Shown one piece after another: positions 59,011-64,000 of a stretch of 64,000 nt of DNA (position 1 is the first letter of the stretch; each line of letters starts with the position of its first letter). A model generated the notes under the pieces. The model was not told the DNA's origin. It was given only the letters and a program-made list of their open reading frames with translations, and searched no databases. The stretch is from a bacterium. GTDB lineage: Bacteria > UBA8248. Location of the stretch: the NCBI GenBank assembly GCA_965203325.1, contig OZ241875.1:4256001-4320000 (forward strand). The letters run 5' to 3'. A program made the position numbers and the translations under genes.

Positions 59011-59913
59011 CTAGCGATTCTTGCGCCCGAGTCTGCGCCGGTTCACTTTCTTGATGTGTTTCGCGATGTAATTCACGAGGGCGGGGTTGCCGATAAGCAG
59101 TGATTGCCGCCATTTGCGCGCGGCGTCCAGGTCTTTGGGCGTGTTCTTCCCGGAGAAGAAGGTATCCAGCTCACGCCACTTGTTCGTGCGGTCGCGCCGG
59201 GCGAGCGTGATGCCCCCCGCTTCTTTCACGATGACGGCGCCCGCCGCCACGTCCCAGATGCTGGGAACGCCGAAGAGCGTATAGTGCAGGCCTCCGCGCG
59301 CTACGAGGGCCTGTTCGTAACACATGGAACCCGTGGCGCGCACTTCGCCCAGGTTCTTCTTGAGGGGTCCCGTGGGGCGGAATTGCGTCCAGTAGGAACC
59401 GGGAAGCGCGACGATGCGCTTTCCCGTGGGTTTCTCCTCTCCCGCCACCTCGATTCGGTGCTTGTTGCGATACGCGCCGCCCCCCTCGTAAGCGTGGTAG
59501 ATGGTGCCTTTGCCCTCCGGCGTGAATATGGCGCCCGCAATCGAACGGCCGCGCCTCAAGACTCCCACCGAACAGCCCCATACGTGCAGTCCGTTCAGGA
59601 AATTTTTCGTGCCGTCCAGAGGGTCCAGGACCCACAGGTACTCGGGCACCTCGCGCGCGCCCTGTTCTTTGGCCTCTTCTTCGTCTTCGGGCTTCTCTTC
59701 GCCCAGGACGCCGTGCGCCGGAAATTTTTCGTTTATCGCTTTCGTGAGAAACTCCTGGCTCGCGCGGTCGGCTTCGCTCACCGGGTCGGTTTCGGCCTTG
59801 TTCTTGTAGTCCACCTCCACCTGCTTGCCGAAAAGCCCCATCAGGATCTCTCCCGCCTCGCGGGCGAATCTGGAAGCGGCTTCGGCCAATTCGTGAGGAG
59901 TAGGGTCGCTCAT
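59011..59913 (-). CDS. Inositol monophosphatase-family protein
   Basis: VSEAD, GEE, LDPLDGTKNF and WDVAAG. Confidence 0.93.
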   Translation of the reverse strand: MSDPTPHELAEAASRFAREAGEILMGLFGKQVEVDYKNKAETDPVSEADRASQEFLTKAINEKFPAHGVLGEEKPEDEEEAKEQGAREVPEYLWVLDPLDGTKNFLNGLHVWGCSVGVLRRGRSIAGAIFTPEGKGTIYHAYEGGGAYRNKHRIEVAGEEKPTGKRIVALPGSYWTQFRPTGPLKKNLGEVRATGSMCYEQALVARGGLHYTLFGVPSIWDVAAGAVIVKEAGGITLARRDRTNKWRELDTFFSGKNTPKDLDAARKWRQSLLIGNPALVNYIAKHIKKVNRRRLGRKNR

Positions 59914-60959
59914 TCTCCACGCTCCAGCGGAGGGAGGTCGAGCCTTTGGGCGATCTCATCGAGTTCCGCGAGCCGCTCGCTCGACAGCTCGAACCCGCTT
60001 TCCCGGCGTTCCATCTCGTTTTGATGCTCGATCTCTCCGGGCATGAAAATCGTCTCCACACCCGCCGCTTTCGGTGTGGTTTTGATGATGGAGATGAAGG
60101 CGCCGGCGGCGGCCTGGAATTGCGATACCGGAAGCAGCGCCTCGACGTTGATGGCGACGAAAACGCTTGTGACACGGCTTTTCCCGTGAAATTCGTTGAT
60201 GCCCACGATCTCGTGGCTGTGGCCTCCGCCCGCGAGGGAACCCAGAATGGCGTCGATCGCGATGGAAAGCCCGCTGCCCTTGTAGCCCGCAATCGGGGAG
60301 AGGAGGGAGCTTTCGAGAACCTCGTGGGGGTCGGTGGTGGGTCTTCCCTCCTTGTCCAGCCCCCAGCCCTCGGGGATGAGTTCGCCCGCGCGCGCCGCCT
60401 CGATGATGTAGCCCCGGGCCACAACGGAGAGCGCCATGTCCAGCACCATGGGCGGGTCGCTCGGCAGGGCGATAGAGACGGGATTGTTGCCGATCCTGGG
60501 TTCCTTGCCTCCTGCAGGAGGCAGGACGCGCAGCGTGTTCGTCGTAACGAGGCCGACCATGCCGGCTTCGGGGGCCATGGCCGCGTACGTTGCGGCGGCG
60601 CCGAAATGGTTGCTCTCCTTGAGCAGGACGACGCCCACGTTATGGAGCCGCGCGCGGTCGATGGCCTCTTCCATCGCGAGCCTGGAGACCACCTGGCCCA
60701 TGCCGTTGTCGCCGTCTGCGAGCGCGAGTGCGCCTGCGTCTTTGACGACTTTGAAATTGGGAGCCGGATTCGCCAGATTGATTTCCAGGCGCCTGGCGTA
60801 GTGCGGCATGCGGATCACGCCGTGGCTGGTGACGCCGCGCAACTCGGCCGTCACGAGCGTATCCGCCGTCCATGCGGCGTCCTCATCCGGCATGCCCAGC
60901 TTGCTGAAGACTCGCTCTAAAAACACGTGGAGTTTATCGCCCGTCGTGTGTCCGCTCAT
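59910..60959 (-). CDS. Ldh_2-family (malate/L-lactate/sulfolactate) dehydrogenase
   Basis: GVTSHG, DGDNGMG, SNHFG, GNNP, DMA, GYKGSGL and MPGE. Confidence 0.92.
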   Translation of the reverse strand: MSGHTTGDKLHVFLERVFSKLGMPDEDAAWTADTLVTAELRGVTSHGVIRMPHYARRLEINLANPAPNFKVVKDAGALALADGDNGMGQVVSRLAMEEAIDRARLHNVGVVLLKESNHFGAAATYAAMAPEAGMVGLVTTNTLRVLPPAGGKEPRIGNNPVSIALPSDPPMVLDMALSVVARGYIIEAARAGELIPEGWGLDKEGRPTTDPHEVLESSLLSPIAGYKGSGLSIAIDAILGSLAGGGHSHEIVGINEFHGKSRVTSVFVAINVEALLPVSQFQAAAGAFISIIKTTPKAAGVETIFMPGEIEHQNEMERRESGFELSSERLAELDEIAQRLDLPPLERGE

Positions 60960-61574
60960 TCACTCCTCACGCGTGAACAGATAGGCCATCCCGTGCCGGA
61001 CGTGCGCACCCGAATCGACCTCGCTCAGAAAATCGACTCGCGAAACCGACCAGCGGTTCACTTCGCTCAACTCTCGCATGCTCCAACCGGGGGCGTCCCA
61101 CAGCGCTTCGCTCCCGGCATAGCCCGGCCCTTGCTGCACCACCGCCAGGTACCAGCGGATGCTCATCGCCTCCAATATCTGTCGTTCGGCGCCCGAATCG
61201 AACGGCAGCCAGCAGGAGAACACGAAATCAGGCGCATGGGCGAGGAGCGCCTCCTGCGCGTCCAGGGCTTCGGTACCCTCGCCTCCGGCCGGGTCCGTGA
61301 GTCTCAGGTTCACGCCGCGCGCCTGAAGCGCTTTTCCGATCGTGCCGTCGCCGGCCCCCGCTTCCAGAGGCGCTTCGGGAGCTAACCCTAAGATTTCCTC
61401 TGCCAGTGCGTCCAGCCATTCGACCACGGGAAGCTGGTAGAGGTTTTTCCTCTCGCAGAATACGAGCCAGCCGTCCCCCCGTTCTTCTTCGGCGAGCTTA
61501 GCGATGGCCTCGGCGTAGGGGAGGGGTTTCACCGCCGAAAATCCCGGGCGAGAAACCGGGTCGCCTGCAAGCAA
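60960..61574 (-). CDS. Hypothetical protein, class I SAM-methyltransferase-like
   Basis: LEAGAGDG motif I and FSCWLP. Confidence 0.6.
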   Translation of the reverse strand: MLAGDPVSRPGFSAVKPLPYAEAIAKLAEEERGDGWLVFCERKNLYQLPVVEWLDALAEEILGLAPEAPLEAGAGDGTIGKALQARGVNLRLTDPAGGEGTEALDAQEALLAHAPDFVFSCWLPFDSGAERQILEAMSIRWYLAVVQQGPGYAGSEALWDAPGWSMRELSEVNRWSVSRVDFLSEVDSGAHVRHGMAYLFTREE

Positions 61575-61595
61575 GAATTCACCCGCAACCCTGTA

Positions 61596-61629
61596 AGAAA
61601 CAAACCCCCGGAAATCATCTTCCGGGGGC
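61596..61629 (-). terminator. Rho-independent terminator
   Basis: CCCCCGGAA-N6-TTCCGGGGG hairpin with a T-rich tail on the minus strand, downstream of the UxaA-family gene. Confidence 0.65.
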
Positions 61630-61643
61630 TGGTGATGAATCTC

Positions 61644-62852
61644 CTAGACGCTGGGCCCATTCCTGTTGATGGCGAAGGCGTTGTCCTCATACAGGATTTC
61701 GGCTTTCGTCATCTTCCCGCTCGCGACTTCGAGCACCTCGTCGTAGACGCGACGTCCGGCCACCTCGATGGGCGCGCCCTCGAAGATGTCCGTCACATCC
61801 ACGTCGGTGGTGTCGGCCTGAAGCCTCGCTGAAAGCGGGTTGCCCGTGATGCGGATGGTGCTCATCAGGGGGTGGTTGATGGTATGGCCGCCGCCCGTGG
61901 AGAAGATGAGCACCTGAGAGCCGCCCGCCGCGATGCCGGTGATGGACTCGCCCCCGTGGCCGGGGGTGTCCATCACGTGGAGGCCGCTCCTGCGGTTCGC
62001 GCGCTTCGCCCAGGGGATCACGTCCACGATGGGGGCCGAGCCCGCCTTCTGGATGGCGCCCAGGGATTTCTCTTCGATCGTGGTCAGGCCGCCCTCCATG
62101 TTGTCGCCCGTGGGCTGGCTGCCCCTGAGATCCACGCCGCAGGCGAGGATGCGCTCTTCCATCTCCTCCACCATCCTCCAGATGCGCTTGCCCAGGGCCG
62201 GCCTCACGCATTTGGCGGCCAGTACGTCCTCGCCGCCCATCATCTCCGTGGTCTCGGCCAAAAGCACGCGTCCGCCCTGATTGACCACCTGGTCCGTCAC
62301 CCAGCCGGTGGCCTTGTTGTGCGAGAGGCCCGAGGTAGTGTCCGACGTTCCGCAGTTGACCCCCAACAGGAGCTTGCTCACGGAAACTTCCTGGCGGCGT
62401 TCGTTCGTGAGTTCTCTCAGCATCTCCATGCCGATGCGCGTGGCCTTGGCGGTGGCGTCTATCGCGCCGCCGTCTTCGCGGATGTTGATCGCTTCCACGC
62501 GTTTCCCTGTTTTGGCGATTTCATGGGCGATCTCGTCCGCCGTGCAGCCTTCCTCGCGGTGGTGGTCGATGACAATGACGGCGCCTGCGTTGGCGTTCTG
62601 CCCGTGTCCGACGAGGGTTTCGAACGTGCGCTGAATGTCGGGGCCGATCTGACAGCGTCCCAGCGGGTGGGTGAGGGCGACGCTATGCCGAAGGGTTCTG
62701 GCTACACGCTCGCATGTGGAGTTCGCATAAAGCGTTCCGCTCAACAAGAGCAGGTAGTTTCTCGCGCCCACGTCGCCGTTCTCTCTGGGATATCCCCACC
62801 AGGTTTTTCTCAGACGTTTCGATCTTGCGCCGCTTCCGTTTCTTCTGGCCAT
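61644..62852 (-). CDS. UxaA-family dehydratase/sulfo-lyase large subunit (SuyB-like)
   Basis: GYPRENGDVGARNY, NCGTSDTTSG, ETTE, GNMEGGLTTIEEKSLG, MDTPG and FSTG. Confidence 0.9.
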   Translation of the reverse strand: MARRNGSGARSKRLRKTWWGYPRENGDVGARNYLLLLSGTLYANSTCERVARTLRHSVALTHPLGRCQIGPDIQRTFETLVGHGQNANAGAVIVIDHHREEGCTADEIAHEIAKTGKRVEAINIREDGGAIDATAKATRIGMEMLRELTNERRQEVSVSKLLLGVNCGTSDTTSGLSHNKATGWVTDQVVNQGGRVLLAETTEMMGGEDVLAAKCVRPALGKRIWRMVEEMEERILACGVDLRGSQPTGDNMEGGLTTIEEKSLGAIQKAGSAPIVDVIPWAKRANRRSGLHVMDTPGHGGESITGIAAGGSQVLIFSTGGGHTINHPLMSTIRITGNPLSARLQADTTDVDVTDIFEGAPIEVAGRRVYDEVLEVASGKMTKAEILYEDNAFAINRNGPSV

Positions 62853-62867
62853 GGTCGACCTCCTGTC

Positions 62868-63161
62868 TTAAGCGAGGTCGCCGCGGCCGCGGGCGCTCTC
62901 TATGTTATGCACGTGAATGTAATCGCCCACCTCGATGTCCTTGCTCGCCACACCGATGGACAGGCCGTATTTCATGCAGTGCTCGCCCTTTTTCAGGGGC
63001 TTGATGCAGATTTTGTGGATGTAGGGGATCGCCTGATTCGCCTTGAGCGTCTTGCCCATCTTTCCGTTGAGCATGAGGCGAACGGAGCCCCCCTTCGCCA
63101 CCTTTTCGAGACAGGTGGCGACGTTGTCTCCCTTTTCGATGATCATGGCTGTTACCGGCAT
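62868..63161 (-). CDS. UxaA-family SAF-domain small subunit (SuyA-like)
   Basis: DNVA, IPYIHK, KYGLSIG, HVHN and RGD. Confidence 0.9.
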   Translation of the reverse strand: MPVTAMIIEKGDNVATCLEKVAKGGSVRLMLNGKMGKTLKANQAIPYIHKICIKPLKKGEHCMKYGLSIGVASKDIEVGDYIHVHNIESARGRGDLA

Positions 63162-63296
63162 GTTTTCTCCTTCAAAAATTCAGGGCGCGAAAACGCCTCG
63201 CACCCAGTCATGTGACGGATATATGAGGAACGTCCAATCAACAGCGCCATAAACCTAGCGCATGGGGGCCGACACTTCAACAAGGAGAGGCTTTTC

Positions 63297-64000
63297 TCAA
63301 CTCCCGTGCAACGGCGCCACGCCCACTTCTTCGGCTATCCGGTCCAAATCTTGTGCGAGGGCTTCTTTGATTGTGATGCCCTCGGTCAGGGCGGCCTGAT
63401 ACCTGCGGTGCGCCCCTTCGCCGGGGATGCGGATTTCATCGAAGCCGGGCGCCAGGCCCGAGGCCTTGATGCGCGTCACGGCTTCATCCACCGCCGCCTC
63501 ATAGTCGCCGCCCAGGCATCTCTCCGGGTCAATCGCCATGGCGAACATCGGCAGGCCGAAGGGCTTGTCCGTCTCCAGCCAGTCGGGCTGGGCGGCGTCG
63601 AAGCCGTTGCCGGTAAGCGCTCCCGTCAGGAAGGTGAACATGAGCGCCAGGCCGTATCCCTTGTAATCGCCAAGTGGCAGCATGGTTCCCCTGGCGGCGA
63701 GCGTGGCGTCCGTGGTCGGGTTGCCCGAAGGGTCGAGCGCCCAGCCCTCGGGGATCGGCTCGCCCGTCCGGGCGGCCAGCAGCACGTAGCCTCTCGCCAC
63801 CTTGGAGGTGGCGATGTCGAAGAGGATGGGATATTCCTGGTTCGAGGGAACCGCGAAAGCGACCGGGTTGTTCCCGATCATTCGCTCGTAACCGCCCCAC
63901 GGGGCGAGGTTTCCCACCGCGCCGCTGATGACCACCCCGATCATCCCGTGTTCGAGCGCCATCGCGGCGAAATAGCCGATGTGGCCCGTGTGGGAGGACT
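63297..64000 (-). CDS. Ldh_2-family dehydrogenase (5' part outside the window)
   Basis: The frame stays open to the window edge (SSHTGHIGYFAAM...). GNNP, DIATS, DYKGYGL and RIPGE. Confidence 0.9.
   Translation of the reverse strand, partial: SSHTGHIGYFAAMALEHGMIGVVISGAVGNLAPWGGYERMIGNNPVAFAVPSNQEYPILFDIATSKVARGYVLLAARTGEPIPEGWALDPSGNPTTDATLAARGTMLPLGDYKGYGLALMFTFLTGALTGNGFDAAQPDWLETDKPFGLPMFAMAIDPERCLGGDYEAAVDEAVTRIKASGLAPGFDEIRIPGEGAHRRYQAALTEGITIKEALAQDLDRIAEEVGVAPLHGS

Overview
GC-rich bacterial chromosome segment with two parts. (1) About 0.6-18 kb is a mobilisable genomic island. It carries a MOBF (TrwC-like) relaxase-helicase, a TraD/TrwB coupling protein and a decayed integrase 3' end. 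It also carries a visibly AT-richer cargo block: a 1097-aa SF2 helicase with a C-terminal PD-(D/E)xK-like domain, plus a three-gene operon (multi-wHTH protein, AAA+/P-loop ATPase, PD-(D/E)xK nuclease) that I cannot assign to a named defence system. Two tandem, translationally coupled tyrosine integrases and an AbiEi/AbiEii type IV TA pair follow. (2) About 18.4-64 kb looks like host genes: a split CFA-synthase/FAD-reductase lipid operon, a YheT-like hydrolase, ddl, an isochorismatase, a 2-hydroxyacid dehydrogenase, a Rieske/cytochrome b6-type complex with small membrane proteins missing from or mis-started in the ORF track, a 4x[4Fe-4S] ferredoxin, rel/spoT, nfi and an octaheme cytochrome c. 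Then come an uncharacterised ATP-grasp / DUF1611-like / ATP-grasp / NTT-HEAT-cNMP operon, divergent from a peptide ABC transporter plus deacetylase, a TetR-HtrA-CopA-CopZ operon, a DUF3090/SCO1664 pair, and a split UxaA (SuyAB-like) with two Ldh_2 dehydrogenases. Several REP/MITE-like palindromes are present. No CRISPR array, tRNA or rRNA was seen. The best candidates for undescribed systems are the wHTH-ATPase-nuclease operon (9894-13142) and the double ATP-grasp operon (36335-44137). All calls come from reading motifs by eye; no database searches were run.
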